DNA of 63,856 bases, filler included, from Octopus bimaculoides (GCF_001194135.2; 5 parts of 5 records of this genome joined end to end with filler, not necessarily neighbours in it), one strand, 5' to 3'. Numbered from the whole stretch's first letter, positions 24,150-37,056 are shown. The notes: generated by a model from the sequence alone, not told the origin. Program-made: numbers and translations.

Positions 24150-24844
24150 AGAGCAGGGGCGAGTTGACAGTACATTGTTGGGTATGGTCATAAATATTGT
24201 CAAATGTCACTGCAACGTTGAAATCGGTGCCCCAGTGATGTTAACTAAGTACGTCATCAAGTACACGCTGAAAGGAAATGACCAAGCTGCTGCTCAAATA
24301 AACAATGAAAACAAAATTAGTCAATATCTAATGGGTAGGTATATTGGACCATCCGAAGTAGTTGCATCCATTTTAGGATTTTCAATTCATGAAAGAGCAC
24401 TTGCTATTGTGAGACTGCAAGTTCATCTACCATATGAACAAAGAATATTGCTCAGAAATAATGAGGATTGTATATGGTTGTCAATGAACGACATATGAGA
24501 ACAACATTGACAGAATTCTTTTCATTGCGCATCAATGATAACTTTGCAAAATCATTACTTTATGCTGAAGTATCATTTGGAAGTATCATATGTATTTCAT
24601 TTGGAACAGTAGTAACAGAGAATAGCAAAGAAGAAAGCGGGGGGAAAAAGTTGAAGGCATTAAAACGTTTTCAAAGAAACACTTGGTCGTTTTATTTTGT
24701 CACATCAAAGGCAAGAGAACTATTATTTAAGAATTTTATTGCATGAAGTTCGAAATACTATTTTTTTTTTTCTTTTGCCGCCGCGCATCAACATTTTCGA
24801 TTTTGAATTTTTGTAACCCAACGGGTCACGGCGGGTATATCTAG
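24150..24844 (+). mobile_element. internally deleted Helitron: Rep fragment plus 3' terminus
   Basis: HCNVE..KYVIKYTLKG..GRYIGPSE..FSIHER..TTLTEFF; imperfect hairpin CCCAACG-GGTCA-CGGCGGG, then TATAT CTAG|T at 24841-24845. Confidence 0.85.
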
Positions 24845-25013
24845 TATGTATATATTTTCCAAAGGAAAATTATGATTATTAAATGTGATTAAGGTGTTAA
24901 GAAACACTGCTAGAAATACGAGCAAAACTGCTCTAATGCTGTTGTTAACGCAGATGAATGAAGACATATACTAACAGGGACTTGAATCATCCGAAAAATG
25001 CCGATAGAGAATT

Positions 25014-25062
25014 CTTGATACTGACGTCAGTTTCGGCAATTTCTAATGCCTCATCAGTTAAG
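25014..25062 (-). ncRNA. type I hammerhead ribozyme, intact core
   Basis: CTTAA CTGATGA GGCA-TTAGAAAT-TGCC GAAAC TGACGTCA GT A TCAAG; predicted cleavage after GUA (A at 25019). Confidence 0.85.
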
Positions 25063-25302
25063 CCCGCTCAGCTGAGGGAGAATACATTAGAACATTTTAG
25101 CTCGTATTTCTAGCAATGTAGGCGTTTCTTAACACCCTTGTCAAATTTGTTGACAACTGTAATTCTCCTTTTTAGTGAAACATTGCAATCTGCTGCTTAT
25201 ATCAATTTTATGTATATACATTAACGAATTGTTAATTCATCCATTAATTTGGATGAAGAAAAGATACATACTAATAGAGAACCAAGCCGAGATCAAGCGG
25301 AC

Positions 25303-25349
25303 TTAACTGATGAGGCAATGGAAATTGCCAAAACTGGCGTCAGTATTAA
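25303..25349 (+). ncRNA. type I hammerhead ribozyme, G12A core mutation
   Basis: TTAA CTGATGA GGCAAT-GGAA-ATTGCC AAAAC TGGCGTCA GT A TTAA. Confidence 0.75.
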
Positions 25350-25511
25350 AATTTTTTGATCGGCACTTTTCGAACGATTCAGGTCCCCGTTAGTGTGTAT
25401 ATTTTCATTTATGTGTGTTAACTACAACATTAGACTATTGTAGCTTGTATTTCTAGCAATGAAAGTGTTTCCTAACACCCTAGTCACATTTAGTGAGATG
25501 ATATATATATA

Positions 25512-25566
<55 letters not shown>

Positions 25567-26233
25567 NNNNNNNNNNNNNNNNNNNNNNNNNNNNNNNNNN
25601 NNNNNNNNNNNNNNNNNNNNNNNNNNNNNNNNNNNNNNNNNNNNNNNNNNNNNNNNNNNNNNNNNNNNNNNNNNNNNNNNNNNNNNNNNNNNNNNNNNNN
25701 NNNNNNNNNNNNNNNNNNNNNNNNNNNNNNNNNNNNNNNNNNNNNNNNNNNNNNNNNNNNNNNNNNNNNNNNNNNNNNNNNNNNNNNNNNNNNNNNNNNN
25801 NNNNNNNNNNNNNNNNNNNNNNNNNNNNNNNNNNNNNNNNNNNNNNNNNNNNNNNNNNNNNNNNNNNNNNNNNNNNNNNNNNNNNNNNNNNNNNNNNNNN
25901 NNNNNNNNNNNNNNNNNNNNNNNNNNNNNNNNNNNNNNNNNNNNNNNNNNNNNNNNNNNNNNNNNNNNNNNNNNNNNNNNNNNNNNNNNNNNNNNNNNNN
26001 NNNNNNNNNNNNNNNNNNNNNNNNNNNNNNNNNNNNNNNNNNNNNNNNNNNNNNNNNNNNNNNNNNNNNNNNNNNNNNNNNNNNNNNNNNNNNNNNNNNN
26101 NNNNNNNNNNNNNNNNNNNNNNNNNNNNNNNNNNNNNNNNNNNNNNNNNNNNNNNNNNNNNNNNNNNNNNNNNNNNNNNNNNNNNNNNNNNNNNNNNNNN
26201 NNNNNNNNNNNNNNNNNNNNNNNNNNNNNNNNN

Positions 26234-26266
<33 letters not shown>

Positions 26267-26299
26267 AAATTTGAAGGGCTAGTTATTTATTAGAAACCA

Positions 26300-28870
26300 G
26301 TCTCTAATAAAGGACAGTTTTGTCATTCTTTGTCTTTTCAAATTCGTTTGAAAGGCTTCTTTCCAAGCAACTATAATTAGCGATTCAGTTTCTCTTCTCA
26401 AATTTCTATTTCTCAATCATAACCACCGTTCTTCACTTTCTCCTTCCTCAATTTTTGGCGTAAATTGATCCTATAATTTTTTCTGTTTGTAGTTATTTGT
26501 TCTGTCTTCTTTCTATTCTTGAAATATTTTGATTATTTCAATGTCTTCTTTGATGTTTCCAACCGTAGACAACAGTCTTTCCTCACTTGGCTAACATAGT
26601 TTTCCAAAACTAACTCACAGGTTTTATGGTGTCTGCTACGTTTGACTAACCTCTACCATCTTCCCTTTCAGATAAATATAGAATGTTGATATTACTTTTA
26701 AATAGGTATGCGTCATGCATTATGAGCAACAAATACCGCTGAGGTCGACTTTGCCTTTCATCCTTTCGGAATCGATGACATAAGTACCAGTTGAGCACCG
26801 AATTCGAAAGCTGCGGCTATGCAAGGGCACCGCCATTAGCTTTGCTATACTTCCACTACTTGAAGCTTCCACTGATATGTAGCATTTGATGAATGAGGTA
26901 GTCTGATATCGCTGCCCGCATTGTTATTGTTATTGTTATTGTCGTTTACCTTGTTGTTGCATTGTTTTATACGAGCTGTTCCAAGTCTCACCCTGAAATC
27001 TCAAATAACAGCAAATTGTTATTTATTGTGCTATTTACGTGTTATTAAGGGCGTTATTATTATCAGTTTTGTTTCTGCATTTCGCCTTTTATCCAATGCA
27101 CAATTCTAGCTCCATATCTGATAACCGGCACTGCTCTTGAATTAATCGCTTCATTAACATTTTACGAATATAACCTTGTCGAGCTGGCAGAATCGTTAGT
27201 ACGCCGGGCGAAATGCTTAGCAGCATTTCGTCCATGTTTACGTTTTGAGTTCAAATTCTGCCGAGGTCGACTTTGACTTTCATCCTTTTGAGGTTGACAA
27301 AATAAGTACCAATTGATCACAGAGGTTGATTTAATCGAAATTGTTGGCCTTGTGCTAAAATTCGAAACCAATATTTTCCTCACTCTCCTTGCAATTTGCT
27401 TCATTTCTTCAAGTTTTATTTCACCTGCCTCCGATACTCCTAAATACTTTTACCACTGTCTTTTCTCAGTTGATTTCATTCTTTGCCCATTTGGCATTTC
27501 AATTCCTTGGCGTTCTTCAAATCTTTCCCGTTTCTTAACATCATTTTCGAGCAGCATGTACAAGATTTTTTAGCTGCTTCTCATTACCCACATCATCCAT
27601 GAACTGGAGATGATTCATCAGGCCATACCTTTTCCCAAATCATAAGCTATTTTAACTTTCTGTAATATCAAACTGAGCGGTATCATGGCCAGTACAAATA
27701 GTAATAGAGATAGCTATCTCCTTGAAATATCCCCCGTCCGATGCTCACCTTTCAAAGTTTTTGTTCTTCAATCAATTCAGTATTTCAATGTTTCATTCTT
27801 TCCTCCATGTTTTCTGTCAATCCAAACAGGATCATTGTTTTACTCATCCAACTGTGCGGTATCATATATACTTTTTAATAATCAAACCATGCTACATTCA
27901 ATCTCATCAATCTGCATCTGCAATTTCTGGTTATCGTTTTATCAACTAACAACTGGCTTTTAGTTGCTCTACTTCTCCTCCTGCATCCTTACTATTTCAC
28001 TGAAGTAAATTGTTACTTTGCAGGTAATACAACTTTTTCGTCAAGACACAGGTAATAATTTTCCACATAAGTGCTATACAGGTTATAGGTAGTAAATGTC
28101 ACCAGTTTACCTTTCAAGATATCCTTCAGACATAAGACCATTCGTTCACTTGTCATCCAGGTAGGAACGTGTTTCTACTCCAGGCAATCAAGATGTGCTG
28201 CAATCCTTTCATTCAACTGTGCAAAATTATTCAGCCCATAACCTAGTACTCCATCTGGGTCGGGTCCTTTCCAATTTGATATATTTGTTTAACTTCAGTT
28301 TCACTGAGTACAGATCAATTCTTACGGCCTTTTGTTTCGACATATTATGATTAGCTGGGTTTTTTTATTGATGCTCTGTTTTTCAACCAGACTCAAAATA
28401 CTGTTTACTTTGCCTGTGACTCTCATTACTTTTCCTCTGTTCATATACCTTACATTTATAATATTAAACCAAACATTTTACCTCACAACATTTCTAGGGT
28501 TTTCTTCTCTTTGTGGTTCAAGTTTTCTTCAACATTTATACTTACTTGTCCAGCTACATCTCCTTCACTCTTAGGCATATAGAAATTATCATTTTCATTT
28601 TCTTCATTTCTTACTCCTTCGTGACCACTTTCTATTATTGTTGCTTCACACTCTTCTTGCTCATTTTCTAATCTTCTCTGAATTTTTTCAACTTCTAATA
28701 TCGTGATCCACTCATTTATACGATTTGCCCTTGCCTCGTCTATCTTTGGGCGAAAGCTTCAACGACTCACTTTTCACTCCATATCCTTTGCATTTTTCTC
28801 ATAAAATCTCTTTTATTCGACTTTATTCTCAGTCAACATTCTTTTTCCCATTTTTTTACTCTCACTGCAC
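26300..28870 (-). pseudogene. R4/Dong-like LINE reverse transcriptase, decayed and split by SINEs, abutting (TAA)n
   Basis: PTWMTS..VLCLKD, GCRRRSRATK.QLLVDK, RGIFQGDS, MNHLQFMDD, KYLGV, EERWL..LRRETESLI. Confidence 0.88.
27176..27369 (+). mobile_element. tRNA-derived SINE, family A
   Basis: GAGCTGGCAGAATCGTTAG head, GAGTTCAAATTC B box, GTCGACTTTG.CTTTCATCCTTT core. Confidence 0.9.
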
Positions 28871-28888
28871 TTTTGAATAATAATAATA

Positions 28889-28954
<66 letters not shown>

Positions 28955-28955
<1 letters not shown>

Positions 28956-29161
28956 GCGTGCTGGCAGAATCATTAGCGTACTGGACGGAATGCTTAACGG
29001 TATTTCGCCCGTCGCTACGTTCTGAGTTCATATTCCGCCGAGGTCGACTTTGCCTTTCATTCTTTCGGAGTCGATAAAATAAGTACCACTTGAACACTGG
29101 GATCAATATAATCGGCAAATCTCCACTTCCCCCAAGCTACCCTTGTGGCAAAAATTTGAAA
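28955..29161 (+). mobile_element. SINE family A
   Basis: Same head and core; sits after (TAT)n. Confidence 0.9.
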
Positions 29162-29184
29162 TAATAATAATACTTATTACTATT

Positions 29185-29381
29185 AAGGCAGTGAAATGGT
29201 AGAATCGTTAGCACGCTGTACTAAATGCTCAGCGGTATTTCGCCTGTCACTACGTTCTGAGTTCAAGTTCCACCGAGGTCGACTTTGCCTTTCATCCTTT
29301 CGGGTTCGATAAATTAAGTACCAGTGATGTAATCGACTAGTCCCCTCCCCCAAATTTCAGGCCTTGTGCCTATGATAGAAA
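29185..29381 (+). mobile_element. SINE family A
   Basis: Same head and core with (ATT)n tail; tandem to previous copy. Confidence 0.9.
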
Positions 29382-29399
29382 TTATTATTATTATTATTA

Positions 29400-29683
29400 T
29401 TATTATTTTATGTTTGACTTTTGTTTTGCATTTGTACAAGTTGGATCCAAGTCTCACCCAGAGACCTCAAGAGACAACAAGTTAGAAGTTCATGTAGGTG
29501 TTATGCCTAGAGTACCATATATTTGGATTTGTACAGTTTTGTTCTAGTGAATGTTTAAGAAACCATAAGAAAATTATGTGTTTGTTTTAAAATTTGAGAT
29601 CACATAGACAGTATTTTACGTAGGATATGGGCAGTTCCCATGAGCACTATCTTTTGAACTTCAGCCATTTTGGGGTTTCCTGG
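29400..29683 (-). mobile_element. 3' end of RLE-type LINE with (AAT)n tail
   Basis: PGNPKMAEVQKIVLMGTAHILRKILSM* then 3' UTR; cut by gap. Confidence 0.8.
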
Positions 29684-29919
29684 NNNNNNNNNNNNNNNNN
29701 NNNNNNNNNNNNNNNNNNNNNNNNNNNTTAATTAATTAANNNNNNNNNNNNNNNNNNNNNNNNNNNNNNNNNNNNNNNNNNNNATTATTATTATTATTAT
29801 TATTATTATTATCTTTATATTTTTGGTTCCAATTATGGAAGGAAAAGAGATCTACCCATCTAACCTAGGATTAGGAAAAGATTACGAAGAGATTAAAACA
29901 ATATAAAGAAGGAGAAGAA

Positions 29920-30180
29920 GAAAGAAGAAGAAGAAGAAGAAGAAGAAGAAGAAGAAGAAGAAGAAGAAGAAGAAGAAGAAGAAGAAGAAGAAGAAAAAAC
30001 GACGACGACAACAACAATGAGGATGATGATGACGGTTACAACGACGACGACGATGATGATGAAAAAGAAGACAAATACGACGACAAGGATGATGATGATG
30101 ATGATGATGATGACGATGATGTTTTTTGGTGGAGGTTGTAGTGGTGGTGACGACGACAGCGGCGACGATGACGATAACGT
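29920..30180. repeat. compound (GAA)/(GAC)/(GAT)n trinucleotide repeats
   Basis: Direct reading. Confidence 0.9.
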
Positions 30181-30446
30181 TACAGCCTCAAACTAAAAAG
30201 CTGTTTCTTGAACTTATAATTAATCAGATTATTATTGAATTTGCAGCTTTTTTTTGTTATATTTTCTTTTATATTGTTTGCTTTATTTTTATAACTATAG
30301 TTGTTTTTGTTTTTGGTTCCTATTTCCGTGACTGTTTTTCTTTGCGTTTTTGCATTATGCTGAAGAATATACCACTACAAATTCGAGAACTGAATATAAA
30401 TTCCTGTATTTATTATTATTATCATCATTATTATTATTATTAGTTT

Positions 30447-30660
30447 AAGGTAGCGAGCTGGCAGAATCGTTAGCACGCTGGATGAAATGCTCAGCGGTAT
30501 TTCGCTAGTCGCTATGTTCTTAGTTCAAATTCCGCCGAGGTCAACTTTGCTTTCATCTTTTCGGGGTCGATAAATTAAGTACCAGTGAAATTCTGGGGTC
30601 GACGTAATCGATTAGTCCCTTCCCCCAAAACTTCAAACCTTGTGCCCATAATAGAAAGGA
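30447..30660 (+). mobile_element. SINE family A
   Basis: Full head, core and tail. Confidence 0.9.
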
Positions 30661-30668
30661 TTATTATT

Positions 30669-31207
30669 CTTATTATTTATTGCCTTTGCACAGCTTCTAA
30701 CGCTGGAGATGTACTATGGTGTCAGCTGTTCACCATCAGCGAACTAAGGTAACACCTCTTATTTTTCGAGCACCTTCTAGAGTATTCGAGCGGTTCCAAG
30801 TAATGCTGTTTTCTGCAAGTGCTCCACCCTTACTGTAGCCCTTGTTTGTTCCATGTACTTCTCAAGATTTTTACTCACTGTTCCCAGGGCTCCGACAATT
30901 ATTGATACTACTACCACCCTTTTCATCGACCACAACTGCTTAACCTGTCATATTTATCGACTTTTCTTTCATGACAATATAGCAAGGATTGTCCATTGGG
31001 AACTTTGCAACAAGTATGGACTTGACAGAAAAAAAGTGGAACGAACATAAACCCGAAGGCATCATCAAAAATGATAATGCAAAGATCCTATGGGATTTTA
31101 TGATTCAGTGCGACCATGAGATCGAGAATAGGAAACCATACATAGTGTTAATTGAGAAAGAAAGCAAACGATGCTGGATCATAGATATAGCATGCTCAGC
31201 TGACAAG
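30669..31207 (-). mobile_element. R4-like RLE LINE 3' fragment with 5' inversion
   Basis: Minus 30969-30669: KEKVDKYD..KQLWSMKRVVVVSIIVGALGTVSKNLEK..LLGTARIL + UTR; plus 30970-31207: HDNIARIVHW..KILWDF..KPYIV..IDIACSAD. Confidence 0.85.
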
Positions 31208-31283
31208 GAATTATAAGGAATTATTATTATCATTATCATTATTATTTTTTTTTTAATTATTATTATTATTATTGTTATTATTA

Positions 31284-31830
31284 CAAGGTTCCAACCCGGG
31301 CCCCAGCAACAAAGTCCGCCCGTCACACTTCTTAGTCCATCATCACTGCCTCGACGTCCCGGATACATTCTAGGCTCGTGTCAGCAATCAAGTTATCGAT
31401 GTATGACGTTTTCCTCTGCTTACATCACCATGAAATGGGTTCCACAAGACTAATTTGGATGCTTCCAGTTCAGGGTGGCGCACATAGTGACCAGATAGTC
31501 ACAGACGTCTCTGCTTGATCTCGCTAACTTTCGGCAGGTCTCTATTTGTCGTATGTTGTTACAATTTCTCATTTAGGGCCGTTCGTAGCAACCTTGTGTA
31601 GCATCCATTTAGCCCGTTTGATAATTTCTTTGTCAGTGTCCATGTTTCACTGCCATATGATAGCACTGATTCGACAGTTGCAATGGGCAGCTTGATTTTG
31701 GTTTGCCTAGTTTGTGACAAATTGTCCATGCTTGTGCCTTCTTGATCTTGGTGTCTCCTTCCGAATTCCTCACCCAGCCACCTAAGTACTTGAAATCTTC
31801 AGCAACATTCAACTTGGAACTGCTCAAATA
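31284..31830 (-). pseudogene. RTE-like (RTE-X type) LINE 3' fragment with (TAA)n tail
   Basis: EDFKYLGGW..KAQAWTICHKL, VRHPELEASKLVLW; clade assignment is inference. Confidence 0.75.
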
Positions 31831-32286
31831 AAATATTTAGATTTAGAAAATATTAGCTTTTATTAAAACTAAAAATTTCATTACAAGTTATTACTTGTTA
31901 CTTCTATTAAAAATAAAAAATAACTCAAAAATTTTTGTGCTTAAAAAAAATCATTTCTTTAATTATTAACTAATAATTAGAAATTTAAAAATAGGTTATA
32001 AAAATAATAGTAGTACATAATTAGTCAGTACAATAAATAGAATAATACAAAAATTAGTTATTACAGTAAAATCTACCTATAACAACAAATTCACAGTAAC
32101 ATTTGCTTGAGCTATTACCTAAGTTATTGCCAAGTCTTCACATTTTAGTCTTGACCCAACGCCTATTTTTTATATAATGAATTTGCCTACCATATATACT
32201 ATTCTGTTTTGCATAAAACTTTAGCTATATTGGTACTTCTCGCTCTCCTTTTAAAGTATTCTAGTGTGTCAATATTTTAACAAGCA

Positions 32287-32575
32287 GTGAAGGCGCGAGG
32301 CTTAGTGGTTCGGGCATTCGGCTCACGTGAGTTCAATTTCCGGCGACGCGTTGTGTCCTTGAACAAGACACTTTATTTCACATTGCTCCAGTCCACTCAG
32401 CTGCCAAAAATGAGTAGCACCTGTATTTCAAAGGGCCAGACTTGTAACACTCTGTATCATGCTGAATCTCCCTCAGAACTACGTTAAGGGTTCACGTGTC
32501 TGTGGAGTGCTCAGCCACTTGCACGTTAATTTCACGAGCAAGCTGTTCCGTCGCTCGTATCAGCCGGGACCCTCG
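32287..32575 (+). mobile_element. tRNA-derived SINE, family C, (CAT)n tail
   Basis: GTGAAGGCGC head, TTGTGTCCTTGAACAAGACACTT core, CCCTCGTCGTC tail. Confidence 0.8.
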
Positions 32576-32631
32576 TCGTCATCATCATCATCATCATCAT
32601 CATCATCACCATCATCAACATCATCATCATC

Positions 32632-32685
<54 letters not shown>

Positions 32686-32821
32686 GACAACATCGTTATT
32701 ATCTTGTGCTCGTTGTTGTGAACATAAAAACTTCCGCTGTTGTTATCATTGTCGCTTTTATCGTCATACATCTTGGCAAGGTATTTGCTGTTTTGGATGG
32801 CAGCGCGCGCGCGCGTTTGTG

Positions 32822-32854
<33 letters not shown>

Positions 32855-33370
32855 CTGTGTGTGTGTGTATTCACGCACGCATGCTTGCATTTTTAAAATA
32901 TATAATGTTAGCTATGCTTCAGTTACTGCACAGTTTCACCGTTATGAATTAAGATAGTGCACCGCATATTGTTTGAATTATTCATAACGTAGAAATTGTG
33001 CAATAATGGAAGCATAAATAATCTATTATACAGTTTAATACACAAATATACGCCAAACAAAAGTATTAAATTCTCGGTGTTTTTCTATATTACCATGTTA
33101 TCACTCATGAATAAGCATTACAAAACATACACATGTGCGTGCATATATACACCATATACATATAAATAAGCAACAAAGTTACAGGTTAGTAAATACAAAT
33201 ACATGCTAAAGTAATGCTTGTATTATTTCTGAAGTTATCTTAAGATTGAAACTGTTGTTTAATAACTTCATGTCTTCTTTTATTTGCAGGTAACATTATT
33301 TTTACATTATCGTGTGCACGCAAAACAGCGAAAATCAAAACGATAACGCATATATTCTTTTGTATTTTTT

Positions 33371-33548
33371 TTTGTTTATTTCAGTCATTTGACTTCGGTC
33401 ATGCTGGAGCACCGCATTTTAGTCGAACAAATCGACCCCGGGACTTATTCTTTGTAAGCCTAGTACTTATTCTATCGGGTCTTTTGCCGAACCACTAAGT
33501 TACGGGGACGTAAACACACCAACATCGGTTGTCAAGCGATGGTGAGGA

Positions 33549-33616
<68 letters not shown>

Positions 33617-33767
33617 CGACGAGCTTCTTTCAGTTTCCGTCTACCAAATCCATTCACAAGGCTTTGGTCGGCCCGAGACTATAGTAGAAGACACTTTCCA
33701 AAGGTACCACGCAGTGGGACTGAACCCTGAACCATGTAGTTGGTAATCAAGTTACCACATAGTCGCT
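33371..33767 (-). mobile_element. SINE family B with expanded internal (CA)/(TA)n
   Basis: Paralog of 9629-10013. Confidence 0.9.
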
Positions 33768-34477
33768 CTATATAGTCATTCATAATACATTTCACCAGAT
33801 TTGAGCATGAATATGTAAATCTCATTTTGTAGTTCGCTTTCTGAGAACACCTTTCCCTTTCAGACACCAGATTCGATTTATTGACGTAAAGGGACTTTGA
33901 GACACCTGTGTTTTAATCTAGTTTTGTCCCTTCAGTGAAAGCCACCCCTGGAGTAATGAATTTAAAAACAGGAATAATGCTTCCTGTTTATAGAATTCAA
34001 CAAATAAATAATTCGCTTATTCGTGCCGATCTCTGACGTATTAAGAATCAATATGGACATCATTGTTTTGATTTTCGCTGTTTTACATGTGCGTGGTGCT
34101 AACTTATTATCGGTTTTCGAAAGAAGTAGGCTGGCATTTTTCATATTAGGCTTTTGTCACATGTACATTCTTCAACTTAATGCTAGTTTATGTAATACTT
34201 CTAACTAATTTAAAATATAACTAATTTAAAAATTAATCAATAGACGATATTAATTATATCATAACAACACCTGTTTGCCTTCCAGTTTCTTTTTTATTTT
34301 GTTCTGGGATGGTTGTACTTTGTTCGCCTGTTAGTATTGAATAGTTCCCTCGTATACAAATATGAATATGCATGCTTGTCTTTGTATGTGTGTATGTATG
34401 TATGTATGTATGTATGTATGTATGTATGTATGTATGTATGTATGTATGTGTATATAAATAAATATATATGTATCCAT

Positions 34478-34508
<31 letters not shown>

Positions 34509-34579
34509 AATAAATATAATTATGTATGTATATTTATGTACACATGTATGTATATGTATATGCATGTATGTACATATAG

Positions 34580-34632
<53 letters not shown>

Positions 34633-35880
34633 NNNNNNNNNNNNNNNNNNNNNNNNNNNNNNNNNNNNNNNNNNNNNNNNNNNNNNNNNNNNNNNNNNNN
34701 NNNNNNNNNNNNNNNNNNNNNNNNNNNNNNNNNNNNNNNNNNNNNNNNNNNNNNNNNNNNNNNNNNNNNNNNNNNNNNNNNNNNNNNNNNNNNNNNNNNN
34801 NNNNNNNNNNNNNNNNNNNNNNNNNNNNNNNNNNNNNNNNNNNNNNNNNNNNNNNNNNNNNNNNNNNNNNNNNNNNNNNNNNNNNNNNNNNNNNNNNNNN
34901 NNNNNNNNNNNNNNNNNNNNNNNNNNNNNNNNNNNNNNNNNNNNNNNNNNNNNNNNNNNNNNNNNNNNNNNNNNNNNNNNNNNNNNNNNNNNNNNNNNNN
35001 NNNNNNNNNNNNNNNNNNNNNNNNNNNNNNNNNNNNNNNNNNNNNNNNNNNNNNNNNNNNNNNNNNNNNNNNNNNNNNNNNNNNNNNNNNNNNNNNNNNT
35101 ATATGTTGTAGTTATTCGTTTTGTCTTTTGTGAAAGTAACAAAACAGAACGTTAATATGATGGAATATATATTTTGGTGAAAGATCGATAGTCAACATTA
35201 TGTTTTTGTTTGTTTGATAAATACATCTATTATGTATCAATTTAATATTCTTCTTCTTCTTTTAGTTGCTCTTCTATTATCGAATTATTTAAATATTACA
35301 TCCTTTTGTTTCTTATAAATATTTAATGTGGAAACGAAAATGCAAATGTCGTTTATCAAAGTTCGCTTGAATGTCGGTTGAAAACATCTGGCGCAAAAAT
35401 TGTAAATTAAAAATATAATTCATATGAGAAAATATGAAAGATAAAACAAAACAAAACGGAAAGAAATTATTTTCTTTTCATTGTCATATATTGAAGAAAG
35501 GTTTGTTTATACTTTTCTGTGCGCCACGATGATTTTTAATAAATAAACAATCAAAACTTTAAAAAAATGAACGTCTGCTATAAACGCCATACCAAGCTTT
35601 ACACATAATACTATACTAAATCTTTCATAGTTATGTTTTGTGTTTAAATTATTTGAAGAATATTATTCGACAGCAACGTTATAATGAAGTATGGATAGTG
35701 GAGGTAAAAATTGGTATTTTGTGTGGTTAAAAAGCTCGCTTTGTAAACAAGTAGTTTTGGGTTCAGTTCCACTGCGCAGTACCGTGGGTTGCAATAGTAT
35801 CTTCTACGATAGCCCCGGACCGATGACTAAAACAAGTAACAGATAAAAGATAGCAATGTTGTAATAAAGTAGGGATGGCG

Positions 35881-36200
35881 AAAGCGGTGAGCTGGTAGAA
35901 TCGTTAGCACGCCGGGAGAAATGCTTAGCGGTATTTCATCTGCCGCTACGTTCTGAGTTCAAATTCAACCGAGGTCGACTTTGTCTTTCATCCTTTCGGG
36001 GTCGATAAATTAGGTACCAGTTACGCACTGGCGTCGATGAAATCGACTTAATCCCTTTGTATGTCCTTGTTTGTCCCTCTGTGTTTAACCGCCTTGTGGG
36101 CAAAAAAAGAAATAAGAAACGTTAGCACGCCGGGAGAAGTGCTTAGCGGTGTTTCGTCTGTCTTTACGTTCTGAGTTCAAATTCCGCCGAGGTCGACTTT
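35881..36200 (+). mobile_element. SINE family A, dimeric form (second monomer runs into gap)
   Basis: Full copy, linker, then GAAACGTTAGCACGCCGGG restart at ~36117. Confidence 0.85.
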
Positions 36201-37056
36201 NNNNNNNNNNNNNNNNNNNNNNNNNNNNNNNNNNNNNNNNNNNNNNNNNNNNNNNNNNNNNNNNNNNNNNNNNNNNNNNNNNNNNNNNNNNNNNNNNNNN
36301 NNNNNNNNNNNNNNNNNNNNNNNNNNNNNNNNNNNNNNNNNNNNNNNNNNNNNNNNNNNNNNNNNNNNNNNNNNNNNNNNNNNNNNNNNNNNNNNNNNNN
36401 NNNNNNNNNNNNNNNNNNNNNNNNNNNNNNNNNNNNNNNNNNNNNNNNNNNNNNNNNNNNNNNNNNNNNNNNNNNNNNNNNNNNNNNNNNNNNNNNNNNN
36501 NNNNNNNNNNNNNNNNNNNNNNNNNNNNNNNNNNNNNNNNNNNNNNNNNNNNNNNNNNNNNNNNNNNNNNNNNNNNNNNNNNNNNNNNNNNNNNNNNNNN
36601 NNNNNNNNNNNNNNNNNNNNNNNNNNNNNNNNNNNNNNNNNNNNNNNNNNNNNNNNNNNNNNNNNNNNNNNNNNNNNNNNNNNNNNNNNNNNNNNNNNNN
36701 NNNNNNNNNNNNNNNNNNNNNNNNNNNNNNNNNNNNNNNNNNNNNNNNNNNNNNNNNNNNNNNNNNNNNNNNNNNNNNNNNNNNNNNNNNNNNNNNNNNN
36801 NNNNNNNNNNNNNNNNNNNNNNNNNNNNNNNNNNNNNNNNNNNNNNNNNNNNNNNNNNNNNNNNNNNNNNNNNNNNNNNNNNNNNNNNNNNNNNNNNNNN
36901 NNNNNNNNNNNNNNNNNNNNNNNNNNNNNNNNNNNNNNNNNNNNNNNNNNNNNNNNNNNNNNNNNNNNNNNNNNNNNNNNNNNNNNNNNNNNNNNNNNNN
37001 NNNNNNNNNNNNNNNNNNNNNNNNNNNNNNNNNNNNNNNNTGACACTTTATGTTCT

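Larger units (their letters stand above)
24881..25491. mobile_element. retrozyme-like non-autonomous PLE unit (inverted copy + partial tandem copy + monomer)
   Basis: 24881-25067 is the inverted paralog of 25297-25491; 25085-25150 repeats 343 bp later; each arm holds a hammerhead; no ORF. Confidence 0.8.

Noticed and set aside
27590-27625. Minus-strand CTGATGA with an ATCATC/GATGAT stem
   Set aside because: No GAAA follows, and it lies in the LINE RT coding motif MNHLQFMDD.
32496-32957. Poly-His ORF
   Set aside because: It is the (CAT/CAC)n tail of a SINE, not a His-rich protein.
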